In this document: in pieces, positions 20,801 through 34,118 of the stretch | Position numbering within the stretch: position 1 is the stretch's first letter | Layout of the letters: every line of letters begins with the position of its first letter | Assembly (NCBI GenBank): GCA_965240325.2 | Contig: OZ251234.1 | Coordinates: forward strand, 558,001-622,000 | Length of the DNA: 64,000 nt | Reading direction: 5' to 3' | Source of the DNA: Rebecca billardiae RCC1528 | Lineage: Eukaryota; Protista; Haptophyta | Notes under the pieces: generated by a model | What the model saw: the letters and a program-made list of their open reading frames with translations, nothing else | Told to the model about the DNA's origin: nothing | The model's database searches: none | Program-made: the position numbers and the translations under genes

Positions 20801-23800
20801 GACCACCGGCGACACGATGCAGGCGCGCGCGGCGGCGGGCGGCGCGCTCGCCGGCGGGGACGAGGCCGTGACCGCCGTCGCGTACACGGTGTCGCAGCTG
20901 TACTCGTCGTTCGTGTACGGGTACGAGTACCTGGGGAACACGATGCGGCTGGTGGTCACGCCGCTCACCGAGCGCGTCGCGCTCACCCTCTCGCAGGCGC
21001 TCGCGCTCAAGCTCGGCGTCGCGGTGAGCGGCGTGCCGGGCGTGGGCAAGACGGAGACAGTGCGTGACCTGGGTCGCGCTTACGGCCGGCAGACGGTGAT
21101 CTTCGGCTGCACGGAGGCGCAGGACGCGGCGTCGATGGGGCGCGTGGTGCGCGGGATCGTCACCACCGGCGCGTGGGTCTGCCTCGACGAGCTCCACCGC
21201 ATGAGCACCGGCGTCCTCTCCGTCGTCGCGCAGCAGCTGCGCGCGGTGCAGCTTGCGCTTCGGGCGGAGGCGGCCGTCGTCGACCTCGACGGCGAGCAGT
21301 GCTCGCTGCAGCCGACGTGCGCGGCGTGCGCGACGCTCAACCCGCTCGAGCGCGGCCGCGCGACGCGCGCCGAGGTGCCCAACACGCTCAAGGCCCTCTT
21401 CCGCCCGGTCGCCATGCTGCGCCCGTCCATCGAGCTGATCGCCGAGCACCGACTGTACGCGTACGGTTACGCGTCCGCGACGCGGCTGGCGGCGCGCGTG
21501 GCCGCGTGCCTGCGGCTGCTCGAGCGGCTGCTCTCGGCGCGCGCGCACCACCACCTCGGGCTGCGCACGCTCGTGACGATCGTCGAGGTCGCGCGCGCGC
21601 TGCGCCACCTCCGCCCCGCCGCGCCCGAGGAGCCGCTGCTCGTGCGCGCACTCAGGACGGTCGTGGCTCCGATGCTCGACGGCCACGACTGCGTGCTGCT
21701 GCACCGCGTCGCGGCCTCGCTCTGGCCCGGCGAGGCGGCGGCGGCGGAGCTCGACGGGCTGCTCGACGAGGGCGCGGGGCGCAGCGCCGGCAAGGAGGAG
21801 GACGCGCCGCCGGCCGCGCCCGCCGCCGCGCCCGCCGCCGCGCCCGCCGCCGCGCCCGCCGCCGCGCCCGCCGCCCACGATGGCGCGCCCGCGGCGGACG
21901 CCGCCGCCGCGCCGCCCGCCGCCGCCTCGGCGGCGGGCGAGGGCGGGGGCGAGGGCGAGGGCGATGGCGAGGAGAGCGACGCGACGCTCGCGCAGCGCAT
22001 CCACGACGAGGACGCGCAGCTCCGCGCGCTCGTCACGCAGTCCGCGCGCGCAGACCTCCTCGTCCCCACCGTCGCGTTTGTGGACAAGTGTGTGCAGCTT
22101 CGGCAGGCGCTCGCCGCGCGCTCGGGGGTGATGCTCATCGGCGCGGCGGGCGCGGGCAAGTCGGTGGCGGTGCGCACGCTGGCGCGCGCGCTCGAGGGCG
22201 ACGACGCGTTCCGACCGGACACGGCCAGCTCGTTCGCGCAGCTCACCGTCAGCGAGACCACGCACACCTCCTCGCGCGCGGTCACGCCGGGCACGCGAGG
22301 CGCAACACCAGGCAGCCGCGGCGGGGCGCGCGCCGCGCCGCCGCGCGCGCCGCCCCTGGCGGGCACGCGCGAGGGCACGCCGGCCGAGACGCTGGACGAG
22401 ATGCTGGGCGCGCACCCGCCGCCGCCGCCGCGCGCCGAGCCCGCGCAGCCCGCGCCGCCGCCGCGCGTCGAGCCCGCCGTCGTCATCGCGCGGTGCAACC
22501 CGCTCAGCCACTCCCTGGGGGACCTCTTCGGCTACACGCTGGTCGGCGGGCAGGTCGGCGGGCGCGACGGCGGCGGCGGCGGCGGGAAGGGGGGCAAGGA
22601 GGGCGGGAAGGACGGGCGCGACGGGCCGACGACCGAGTGGGTCGACGGCGTCTTCACGCAGATGTACCGCGAGGCGGCCGAGGCGATGGAGTGGGGCTCG
22701 CACGCGTGGCAGTGGCTCGTCCTGGACGGGCCCGTGGAGGCGGCGTGGGCGGAGGGCCTTAACGCGCTCATGGACGACGGGCGGAAGCTCGTGCTGTCGT
22801 CGCACGAGACGATCGCGCTGGGCGCGCACATGCGCGTGCTCTTCGAGGTGAGCCACGTCGCCGCCGCCTCGCCCGCCACCATCTCGCGCACCGGCGTCGT
22901 GTGGTTTGGCGGCGGCGCCGAGGCGACGGTGCCACTCGCGGCGCGCGTGCGCACGTGGTGTGACAACCTGCCCGTGCCCAGCCCGTCGCTCGCGCCGGCC
23001 GGGTGGATGGAGGCGGTGGTCGACGCGCTCACGGACGCGGTGCCGGCGGCGCTCGCGCACATGGCGGGCGCGGGTGGCGCCGAGCCCTCCGCGCCCTCCG
23101 ACGGCGCGCGCGCGCGTCCGTTCGTGCCGACGGAGGAGGAGCACCACATCGAGGCGACGCTGCGGCTGCTGCGCGCGCTGCTCGAGCCGTTCCTGCTGAA
23201 CGCGGGCGACCCGGACGCGCAGGCGGAGCGCGGGATGGTGCCGGGCGGCAGCCCGCCCGGCACGGCGGGGAGCGCCGCCGAGCGCGCCGCCTCGCCGCCG
23301 CCGCCGCCGCCGCAGGGCCTCGAGCTGCCGCCCGCGCTCGCGCTCGGTCCCGCGGCGCTGCTCCGAGTCGCCAGGCCGCTCGTTCTTGTCGCGCTCACGT
23401 GGACGGTGGGCGCGGCGGGCGGCGCGAGCGCGCGCGAGGCGTTCAGCGCGTGGGCGCGCGAGCGCGCGGCGCGGTGGGACCTGCAGCCGCCGCTCCCGCC
23501 CACCGGGCTGCTGCACGACTACCGCCTAGTCGTGCTCGACCCGCCGTCGATGCGCGGCCAGCGCAGATCAATGGCCGGCCCCGCGCCGCGCACGAGCTTC
23601 GCCGCGCGCAGCTCGTCCGCGACTCGGCTGAGCACGGCGGGGAGCGCGAGCGGCCGGCTGATGAGGCTCTCCGCGAGCCAGCCGTCGCACGAGGCGCAGC
23701 TCGCCGCGCAGTTCTCGCTGCGCTGGGAGCCGTGGACCGCGACAGATCCGACGCTCCCGCGCGCGATCCGCTCGCGGCCCGCGGGCGCGGGCCAGCCGCC

Positions 23801-25634
23801 GGGCTCGATCTCGCAGCTCGAGCTGCTCGTGCCGACGTTGGAGACGGTGCGCGTGTCGTGGGCGATGCGCGCGCTCGCCGCGGCCGACGTGAGCGTGCTG
23901 CTCGCCGGCCCGTCCGGCTGCGGCAAGACGCTGCTCTGCCGCGACCTGCACGCACTCCAGCGGATGGGCGCGGCGGGCACGCTGCCAATCTCCTACTATT
24001 TGTGCTCGAAGACGTCTGTGGGCGAGCTGCGCGAGTTCTTGGAGGGGCAGCTGGAGCGGCAGGCGCAGACGGGCGGGTTCGCGCCGCCGTCGGGCGTCGC
24101 CGCCGTCTCCGTGCTGCTCGACGACCTCAACATGGTCCGCCCCTCGCTCTCTGGCTCGTGCCCGCCGCTCGAGCTCGTGCGACAGTGGATGGACGACGGC
24201 GGCTGGCACTCGCGCGCCACGTCCTCGCGCGCGTTCGAGTGGCGCTGGGTGGAGGGGCTGGTGGCGCGCGCGACGCTCGCGCCGAGCGGCGGCGCGCGGT
24301 ACCCCGTCTCCGCGCGCTTGCTGCGCCACTTCAACGTGATCGGCCTGCCCGCGCTCGACGACGGCACCATGTTCTCGATCTACACGGCCGCGCTCAGGAC
24401 GCCCGCGCAGCGCGCGCGCGCCGACGCGATCGTCGGCGCGACGATCGGCGCGTACCGCGCGGCGCTCTCGACGCTCCGGCCGACGCTGGACAAGCCGCAC
24501 TACGAGATCTCGCCGCGCGAGATCTCCAAGGTGCTCGAGGGCGTGCTCGCCGCGCCGAGCGAGCAGCTCACGCGGCGCGGCGGCGCGGCGCGGCTGTGGG
24601 CGCACGAGTGCGAGCGCGTGTTCGCGGACCGCTGCCTCGACACGTCCGAGGCGGTGTGGTTCGTGGGCAAGCTGCGCCAGCTGGCGGAGGAGCACTTTGG
24701 CGAGGGCGAGCTGCACCCCGAGGACGAGGAGGACGAGGACGCCGAGCGCGCGCGCGACGACGGCGAGGGCGGGCCGATGCCGCCGTTCGCCGACTTTGTC
24801 TACGGTGGCGCGGGCGCGGACGAGCCGGAGCCGCCGCCGCCGCAGCCGCCGCCGCCGCAGCCGCTTGCGCAGACGAGCGAGTTGAGCGCGGACGGCGGCG
24901 GCGGCGGCGGCGGGCGCTCGCGCCGGGAGTCGACGCAGTCGACCGAGTCGGCGCTCGCGCGCGCGGCCGCGCTCGGCGCCGGCGCCGGCGGCCTCGTGCG
25001 CCGCACGCCGTACGTGGAGGTTGACCTCCAGTCGCTGCACCAAGCGGTTTCGGAGCATCTGGACGAATACAACACAGCCGTGGCGATCGCCAACGGCAAG
25101 GACGAGGCCGCCGGCGCGGGCAGCTCGGCGAGCGCGCTCGCGGCGATGTCGCACGTGCGCTTCGCCGCGCTGCCCACGCCGGGCACGAGCCCGCTCTCCC
25201 TCGTGCTCTTCGAGGCGGTGCTACGGCACGTGGCGCGCGTGCACCGCGTGCTGCGGCAACCGTCTGGCCACCTGCTGCTGCTCGGCACCGGCGCGGCGAC
25301 CGGCCGGCGCTCGGTGGTGCGGCTGGCGGCGTTCATCGCGCAGGCGGAGTTCCTACCCGTCTCCTCGTCGTCGCTGTACACGCTCGCGCAGTGGCGCTCG
25401 GACCTCAAGCGCTGCGTGCTCCACGCCGGCCAGCAGGGCGAGCAGGTTGTAATGCTGATCTCAGAGGCAGCGCTCAACACGCTCGACGGCGACGACGGCA
25501 TCCTCGAGGACGTGAACCAGCTGATCAACACGGGCGAGGTGCAGGGGCTGCTCTCCGAGACGGAGCGCAAGGGGGTCGACATGGCGATGAGCGCGCTCCG
25601 CCGCGCCGAGCGCTCCGAGCGCGGCATGGGCATG

Positions 25635-25672
<38 letters not shown>

Positions 25673-28600
25673 CGGCGGCGGTGCCGGCGGCGGCGGCGGC
25701 GGCGGCGCGGACGACGGCGTGGCGGCGCTGGCTGAGCTCGAGGCTTCGACGCTCGGCTCTCAGCTCGCCAACACCAGCCGGTGGGTGCGGCGCGTGCGCG
25801 CCAACCTGCACCTGGTCTTCACGCTCACCGCGGGCGCGGACACGTTCCGCACGCGTCTACGCGAGTTCCCTGCGCTCACGCACGCGTGCACCATCAACGT
25901 CTTCTCGCCGTGGCCGGCCGAGGGTTTGCTCGCGGTCGCCGAAGACGCGTTCCTCGCCACCGAGCTGACGGACGAGACGGAGCGAGAGCGCGTGTGCCGC
26001 GCGTGCGCGGAGATGCACGCCGCGGCGCGCGCGATGGCGGACGACGAGCGCGTGGCGGGGTCGCACCACATGCACATCACGAGCCGGGACTTTCTGGAGT
26101 TTGTCGAGTGCGTCGCCTCCACGATCGTGGACAAGCGCACCGAGCTGCGCGACGCTCGCAAGCGGCTCGAGGTCGGGCTGGCGCGCATCCAGCACGCCAA
26201 CGCGGACGTCGAGTCGATGCAGGCGGAGCTCGAGCAGTCGGAGCCCGAGATGGTGGCGAAGACGCTCGAGGTCGACGAGATGACGCAGGTGATCTCGCAC
26301 GACCGCGAGGTCGTGCGCGAGGCGCGCGAGGTCGTGATGAAGGAGGAGGCGCTCGCGACGACCAAGGCCAACGAGGCGCGCGAGCTGCACAACTCGGCCG
26401 AGCGCGACCTCGCGGAGGCGCTGCCGCAGCTCGAGGCGGCGCTGCAGGGGCTCAAGGAGCTCTCGCAGAAGGACATCATTGAGATTGCGAGGTACGTCTC
26501 GCCGCCGCAGAAGGTGAAGCTCGTGCTCGAGGCGGTGTGCATCCTCTTCCACATGCGCCCGAAGAAGAAGGTGCTCCCGGGCGGCGCCAAGGCGGACGAC
26601 TACTGGGACGTCTCGCGGAAGATGCTCGGCGACGCGAAGGGGCTGCTCGACTCCATGCTCACGTACGACGCGGAGGGGCTCGAGGCGGACACGATCCGGC
26701 GGCTGCAGCCTTACCTGGACGACCCGGACTTCGAGCCGAACAAGATCGCCTCGGTCTCGCGCGCGTGCACCGCCATGTGCGGCTGGGTGATCGCCATGTC
26801 CAAGTACTACGCCGTCAACCTGGTGGTGCGGCCGAAGCGCGCGCTGCTGCTCAAGGCCAACGAGGACCTGCGCGTGCTGCAGACAAACCTCGCGCGGCTT
26901 CAGAAGCGGCTCACTCGGATCGAGTCAAAGATCTCGCAGCTGCAGGTGGACTACGACACCAAGATCGCCGAGAAGGCGGAGCTGCAGGGCCACGTCGAGC
27001 TGACGACCCTCCGGATCGGCCGCGCCAAGCGGCTCATCGCAGGCCTCTCGGGCGAGAACGACCGCTGGATCAAGGAGTTGGCCGCGACGCAGGAGTCGGA
27101 GGCGACGGTGCTCGGCGACGTGGTGCTGTGGGCCGCGGTGATCGCGCACCTCGGCCCGTTCGCGCAGAAGGAGCGCCTGCTCGTGATGCGGCAGTGGCAC
27201 GTCGTCCTGCGCGCCAACGAGCTGCACGTGCGCGCGCGCGCGCGCACCGCGACAGCCGCCCGGCGCACGCGCGCGCGCGCGCACCGCGCTCGCCCCTACC
27301 GCGCGCACGCGGCGCGGCGCGCGCGCGGCTGCTCAGCTCTCGCGGCGCCCCGCGCGCGCGCGCTCGCGCGCCGCAGACTTCCTCGTACGACATGCCGAAG
27401 CTGTTTGCAGTCGACCCGTTGCAGCTGCGCTCGATGCAGACGCGCGGGCTGCCGAGGGACCGGATGTCGTCCGAGAACGCGCTGATCCTGCAGCACAGGA
27501 AGCGGCCGCCGCTGCTGATTGACCCGCAGCTGCAGGTGCGGCGCACACGCCGCTGCCGCCGCCGCGCGCGCGCGCGCGCGCGCGGCAGCACGCCCTGCGC
27601 GCGTGTGCACGGCGCGCGCGCCGCGCTGACGGCGAGGCGAGTGCGCGCGCGCTACCGCCACGCGCCGCGCTCGCGCACCGCCGCGCGCCGCAGGGCACCA
27701 CCTGGATCAAGCGCATGGGCGGCGCGATCCGCCAGAGCCGGCTGCGCCGCACGGCCGCGCGCGGCGAGGAGGAGGACGGCGCAAGCGCGCCGCAGGTCGC
27801 CGTGCCCGCGCTCGTCGGCGCGGGCGCGGACGCGGCGGCGGGCGCGGGCGGCGCGCCCGCCGTCGTGCGCCAAGGCGTGGAGGTGACGGCGCTCGCGGAG
27901 CGCACGGCGCTGCACCGCATCGAGTCGGCGGTGCGCAACGGTTCGGTGCTCCTCGTCGAGAGTCTCACGGACGACGACCTCTCGGCGCGCGTCGAGCTCG
28001 TGCTGATGCCGCTCATCACGCGCGCCACCGCCGTCGACGAGAGCGGCGTCGAGCTCGTGCGGCTGCCCACCGGCTCGGCCTCGGCGCCGAGCGGCTCGGC
28101 CGCCGTGCCGTGGCACGAGCAGTTTGAGCTCATGCTCGCGACGAAACTGGCGAGCCCGCGCGTGGGTACTGGGCTGCGCTCGCGCGTCGCCCTGCTCAAC
28201 TGCTCCGTCACGCGCGAGGGCCTCGAGGAGCAGTTCCTCGCGATGCTCGTCGGGCACGAGCGGCCCGAGCTCGAGAGCGCCGCGCGGCACATCGAGACGG
28301 TCAACCTGCGCACCAAGGCGCAGCTGCGCGCGCTGCAGGACCGCGTGCTGCGGCTGCTGCGCGACGAGAAGACAGACCTCCTGGAGGCGGACGAGCTGGT
28401 CGACTCGCTCCACCGCTCCAAGGACACGGCCTTCACGCTGCAGAACAAGCTCGAGGAGGAGGCCACGCGCTCCACGCAGCTGCTCGAGACGCGCGACCGC
28501 TATCGCCCGGTCGCGCGCCGCTGCGCGACGCTCTTCTTCTGCCTGCGCTCGGTGCAGCGGCTGGCGCCCGTGTACGTGTGGAACCTGGACTGGTTCGTAC

Positions 28601-31600
28601 GGCGCACGCGCGAGGCGCTGCAGAGCGCGGGCGAGCGGGAGGAGCACGAGACGCAGGACCTGCGCATCACCAAGCTCAACGACGCGTGCGTGAGCGCGCT
28701 CTGGCGGGGCACGCACTTTGCGCTGCTCTCCCAGCACAGGCTGGTGTTCGCCTCGCTGATCGCCGCGCAGCTGATGATGCTCGATGACCGGGTCCAGCCC
28801 GCCGAGTGGAGCTACTTTGTGGGCACGGCGCGCGCGCCCACGAGCGCCTCGCCCGTCAGCCCGGCCGGCGGCAGCGGCGGCGGCCGGCGCTCGCGCGGCG
28901 GCGGCAGCGGCAACGGCAGCGGCGGCACCAGCCCGCGCCCCGGCGACGACGCCGCTGGCGAAGACGTTGTTGACTTGGACGCGGAGAGCGCGGCGCATGG
29001 CGGCGTGCCCTGGCTCACGCCGCGCGCGTGGGACGAGCTGCAGGAGCTCAGCGCGCTCGACGTGAACAGCAACGTGCGCGGGCCGCGCGGCAGCGGCTCG
29101 CTCCCCGCCGTCGCCGCCCGCGGCCTCACGCCCTCCGCCTCCCAGCGCTCGCTCCTCGCCGACGGCGGCGGCGGCGGCGGCGGCCCGTCGCTCGACCGGA
29201 TGATGCGCATGAGCACGGCGGGCATGAGCGAGGCGGGCAGCGACGTGGGCGGCCCGGCCGGGCTGCCCAAGCCGCCCAACCGGCCGTTCGAGGGCCTGGC
29301 CGAGCACGTGCGCTCGCACCCGGAGCAGTGGGAGCAGATCGGCACGGCGGAGGACGGCCACCTGCTGCCCTTCCCGTCCGAGTGGCGAGCAAAGCTGACG
29401 CACTTCCAGCGGCTGTGCGCACTCAAGGTGCTCCGCCGGGACAAGCTGGTCCACCTGCTCGCCGACTTCGTCACCTTCGAGCTGGGCGCGCAGTACGCGA
29501 CCAGCGAGACGCTCAGCCTCCGCGACGCGTACGACAGCGCGCCCGCACACGAGCCCATCTGCCTGCTGAGCGCGCCGAGCGCTGACCCTGTGCGCGAGCT
29601 GCAGCGGCTTGCGGACGCGGTGCTGGGCACGGCGCAGCTGCGCGTGACGGCGCTCGGGCAGGGGCAGGGCCTCGCCGCCGAGCGCGCGATGCTCAAGGGC
29701 GCCGAGCACGGCGACTGGGTCCTCCTGCTCAACTGCCACCTGCTGCCAGCATGGCTGCCGAGGCTCGAGTCGCTCGTGATCGAGCAGGTCGCGGCGATGC
29801 AGCGCAGGGACGGTGTCGCACCCACCGAGCTGGCGACGCCGACGGGCTCGGAGGCGGGCGGCACGCAGCCCAAGCCCGACGCGGCGGCGCAGGGCGCGGA
29901 CGGCTTCCACTTCACCGGCCTCCCGCCCCCGAGCGCTTCGCCGTCGGGCGGCACCGCCGTCTCGCCCGCCAAGCCGGCCGCCAAGTCGCCCGTCCGCTCG
30001 CCGGCGCGCTCGCCCGCCAAGCTGGGCGCCTCCCGCCGAGGCTCCGGTGCCTCCAACGACGACGAGACGTCGCCGTCGGGCGCGGCGCGCCGCGGCGCGG
30101 GCGGCATCAAGCCGGGCTACCGCCTCTGGCTCGCCACCTCGCCCACCGCGCCCTTCCCGGCGCCCATCCTCGAGCTCGGCTTCAAGTTGGCGTACGAGCC
30201 GCCGCGCGGGCTGCGAGCCAACGTGCAGCGCTCGCTTGGCTCGCTCGCGCCGGCGTGGCTGGCGCGGCAGCTGGAGGAGCCGCGGCGCTGCCGCGTGCTC
30301 TTCGCGACGTGCGTGCTGCACGCGCTGCTGCTCGAGCGCGCCCACTTCGGCCCGCTCGGCCTCTCGCGCAACCACGGCTTCGACGAGTCCGAGCTCGAGT
30401 CGTCGCTGCGACACCTCGAGCGGCTCGTGCGGCCGGGCGCGCGCGTGCCGACGGCTCTCATCCGGCTGCTGTTCGCGGGGGTCAACTACACGGGGCGCGT
30501 GGCGGACGACTGGGACGCGCGCGCGGTGCTCGCGCTGTGCGACGCCGTCGTCGTCGCGCCCGCCGAATCGATCGAGGCCCCGCTCCAGGCCATCGCCGAC
30601 GCGGCGGCCGAGGAGGTTCGCATCGACGAGGCTCTGCTCTTTGCGCAGGCGCAGGCGCGCGCGGCCGCGTCGGGAAAGCTGAGCGGCCCCGCGGTCGCGC
30701 CGATGGGCGAGCCGCTGCTGGACGACCTGGCGGACGAGGAGGTCGCCGCGGAGCGCAGGTTCGCCGGCTCGCTCTCCGCCGACGAGCTCCGCGCGCTCCG
30801 CGCGCTCATGCCGCCGCTGAGCGTCGGGACGCCGTCGGAGCTGCTGGGGCACGCGGCCACGCTGCCGGCGCACGGCAACGCGTCAGTATTCTGTATGGAC
30901 GGGAACGCCGCCGCGCGCCGCGCCGAGGAGGAGGGCATGGTCGTGCTCGCCGGGCTGGAGCAGCTCGAGCCGAGCACGGCCAAGTCGCTCAGCACGCACG
31001 CCGCGCTCCCCACGCCCACGCCGCTCATGGCGGGCGGGCGCATCGAGCGCGCGCACCGCGGCCGGCGCGCGTCGCTCGTCGCGGCCGTGAACGCGCGCGC
31101 GGCCGAGCGCAGCATGATCCGCGCCATGTGCGCAGACCTGCTTGAGTACCGGCTGCACCGGCTGCCGACCGCCGAGCTGACGCAGCGCGTGATGGCCGAC
31201 GCCTCGCTCACGTCCGACGCGGACCTCTTCGACGAGGTGCTGCTCCAGGTGGGTGCTGCCGCGCCGCGCCGCGCCGCGCCGCGCCAGACACGCGGGGGAG
31301 GGCCTCGCAAGCGCACGCTCGCGCGCGCGCCTCGCGCGCGCGGTGTGTGCTGAGCGGCGCGCGGCGCGCACGGCACGCCCTGCTGCCCCCGGCGCGCGCA
31401 GGAGGCGGAGCGGTGCAACCGGCTCGTCGCGGTCGTTCGCGCCTCGCTCGTCAGCCTCACCGAGGCGCTGGACGGCACGACCCTCATGTCAGAGGAGACG
31501 GAGCAGATGGCCGACGCGATCGCGAGCAACGCGGTGCGTGGGCGCGTGCGCTCGGCCGCGCCGAGAGCGGGCGCGCCGCGGCGTGCGTGGGCGGCGCCGC

Positions 31601-32551
31601 CGAGCGCGAGGTCGCAGCAGCGCGGGCTCCGGCCACATCCGCCTTCCGCGCGCGGCCGCCGCGGCCCATGCTCACACACACCGCGCGCGCGCGCCCCGCC
31701 GCCCGCCCGCCCTCCACCTCTGGTCGCGACCCGCCGCCCGCCCGCCCGCCCGCCCGCTCCGGGCGCAGGTGCCGCCGTCGTGGTCGCTCGCAGCGTACCC
31801 GTCGTCGAAGCCGCTCTCGGGCTGGCTGCTCGAGCTGCAGCAGCGGCTCGACTTCTTCGCGCAGTGGATCCACACCGGCCGGCCCGCGGCGTTCTGGCTC
31901 GGCGCCTTCTTCAACCCGTCCGCGCTGCTCGCGGCCGCGCTGCACCTCGCCGCGGGCGCGCGCCAGGTCTCGGCCGACCGCCTCTCGTTCAGTTACGAGC
32001 TCAAGGGGCAGATGCGCTCGGCCACGTTCACGCACGGCTTCGCGGCGGGCGTGCGGCCCGCGGCCGAGCCGGCCGGGACGCCCCCGGCCGAGGGCGCCGC
32101 GCGCCGGCCCTCGCGCTCGGAGGGCGCCCTCCTCGAGGCCCTGGGCGCCGACGACGTGAGCGCGATCGAGCGGGACACGCTGTACGTGCACGGCCTCTTC
32201 CTCGAGGGCGCGCGCTGGGACGCCGAGCGAGGGGTGCTCGCCGAGGCGCGACGGCGCGAGCCGTTCGCGCCGCTGCCACTCATCGCGCTGCGGCCCACCG
32301 TCGACCGGCAGCCGCCGCACGAGGGCGTGTACATCTGCCCCGTCTTCAAGACGCCCGCGCGCGTCGACCAAGTGACGCCGAGCGGGCAGGTGATGCACAA
32401 CTTTGTGACGAGCCTCGAGCTGCCGTCCGACGACAGCGGTCGGCTCGCGCCGTCCAAAGGAGGCGACGTGGCGAGCTGGCAGCTCGGGCACAGCCTCTCG
32501 CCGCACTGGGTGCGGCGTGGCGTGGCGGCGCTCCTCTCGCTGCCAGAGTAG
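14892..32551 (+). CDS. Axonemal dynein heavy chain, single-headed inner-arm (DNAH1-like), roughly 5,600 aa; predicted introns 17148-17375, 27228-27376, 27536-27693, 31249-31401, 31534-31768; true start may lie further upstream (~14423-14892)
   Basis: RFHFLSNDEVL linker, YGYEYLGN-RLVVTPLTER, P-loops GVPGVGKT, GAAGAGKS, GPSGCGKT, WLVLDGPVEAAWAEGLN, stalk/MTBD, IDPQLQ|GTTWIK and LLQ|EAERCN restored by splicing, C-terminal GLFLEGARWD and HWVRRGVAAL. N-terminal WLPR..RGEDP..ARF is DNAH1-like. Confidence 0.93.
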
Positions 32552-32751
32552 CCCGGGCCATCGATGGCGCCGCCAAGCCGGACATCATCAGGAAAGGGGC
32601 CGGACCCGTGTCAACTTTTTGCCGGGAAGGACCGGACCGATTTTTCCCGCGCATGCGCGTGTGCGAGCGAGGCGACTGCGTAAAGTTCCGCGAGAATCTC
32701 GTGATCTCGTGCGGCGGTCCAGGGCGGTACGAGCCCGTTCGCGCGCGAGCG

Positions 32752-34118
32752 ATGTCCGACGGCGCGACCGCCGCGCCCGAGGCACTGGCGGCTTTCGAGC
32801 AGACGACAGAGTATGCCAACTACTTTGTCACGTACGGCTTCCTGTACCACCAGAAGCAGATGCTGGAGGATCACTCGCGCATGGTGAGCTATCGCGACGC
32901 GATTCTCGGCAACCGCGAGCGCTTCGAGGGCAAGGTGGTGCTCGACGTGGGGACGGGCTCAGGGGTGCTCGCGATCTGGTCGGCGCAGGCTGGCGCGCGC
33001 AAAGTCTATGCTGGTGCGTCGCGGCGTCGCCCCGTGCATCGCTCCGCGTGGGCGGCACTGACCGCGCGCGCACCCCGCACCCCATCGACTCGTCTTGCGC
33101 TGCCTGGCCGCACGCGCCTGCAGTCGAGGCCACGGACGCGGCCAAGTACGCACGCATGGTGGTGGCTGCGAACGGCATGAGCGGTGTGATCGAGGTGATC
33201 CAGGGCAAGATGGAGGACGTCACTCTGCCCGAGCAGGTGGACGTGATCGTCTCCGAGTGGATGGGGTACATGCTGCTGCGTGAGTCAATGCTCGACTCCG
33301 TCATCTACGCGCGCGACCGCTGGCTCAAGCCGGGCGGCGCGCTGTACCCGTCGAGCGCGACGTGCGTGCGTGCGCCGTGCCGCGCCGCGCGCGACGTGCC
33401 GCGCTCCCGCGCGCCTCGCCGGCCGCTCACCCTCCGCGCCCCTCGACGCGCGCCGCGCCGACACCCCCGCGCGCACGCGCGCAGCATGTACCTCGCGCCC
33501 ATCCAGACGAGCTCCCTGCAGGACCGCTCGGCGCAGCTGTCGCAGTCGATGCAGGAGTGGGCGTCATTTGTCGAATACATGCGCGCGGAGCACGCGATTG
33601 CGCTCGACTGCCTGAACGAGTCGTACGAGCGCGAGCACGGCGAGTACTACTTGCGCACGGCGCAGTGGCAGAGCCTCGACGCCAGCACAGTGGTCGGCAG
33701 GCCGTGCGCGTGGCACACGTTCGACGTCGGTACGGTGACTGTGGACGAGCTGAAGCGCGCGGCGCGCGGGCCCTTCACGTGCACCGTGCTGGCGACGGGG
33801 CCCGTGCAAGCCCTCGCCGGATGGTTTGACGTGCGCTTCGAGGGCTCGACCGAATCACCGGCGGTCGCGCCCGTTGTCCTCTCGACGGCCCCCGAGTGCG
33901 GGTACACGCACTGGGGCCAGCAGGTCTTTTTGCTTGTGAACGAGCTGCAGGCCCAGCAGGGCGACGTCATCGCGGGCGAGGCAGCGCTCACGCGCCAGCC
34001 GAAGAACGAGCGAACACTCCACCTCGACCTGACGTACGCGCTCCGGCGTCACTCGCCAGCCGCGCCGGCTGGAGAGGAGGTGGCGCCACAAGTATCCGTG
34101 CGCCATGCCATCGACTGA
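32752..34118 (+). CDS. PRMT10: Type I protein arginine methyltransferase, PRMT10-like; introns 33014-33123 and 33362-33484
   Basis: ANYFVTYGFLYHQKQML (plant PRMT10-like), VLDVGTGSG, VDVIVSEWMGYMLLRESML double-E loop, THW loop. Confidence 0.9.

Noticed and set aside
17439-23516. 2,025-aa antisense ORF and the many other long overlapping ORFs
   Set aside because: Shadow frames of real genes in very GC-rich DNA where stops are rare; Arg/Ala/Gly-rich with no domain motifs.
14397-27485. Dynein ORF breaks read as frameshifts or a pseudogene
   Set aside because: Each break is bridged by a GT-AG intron that restores conserved dynein motifs.
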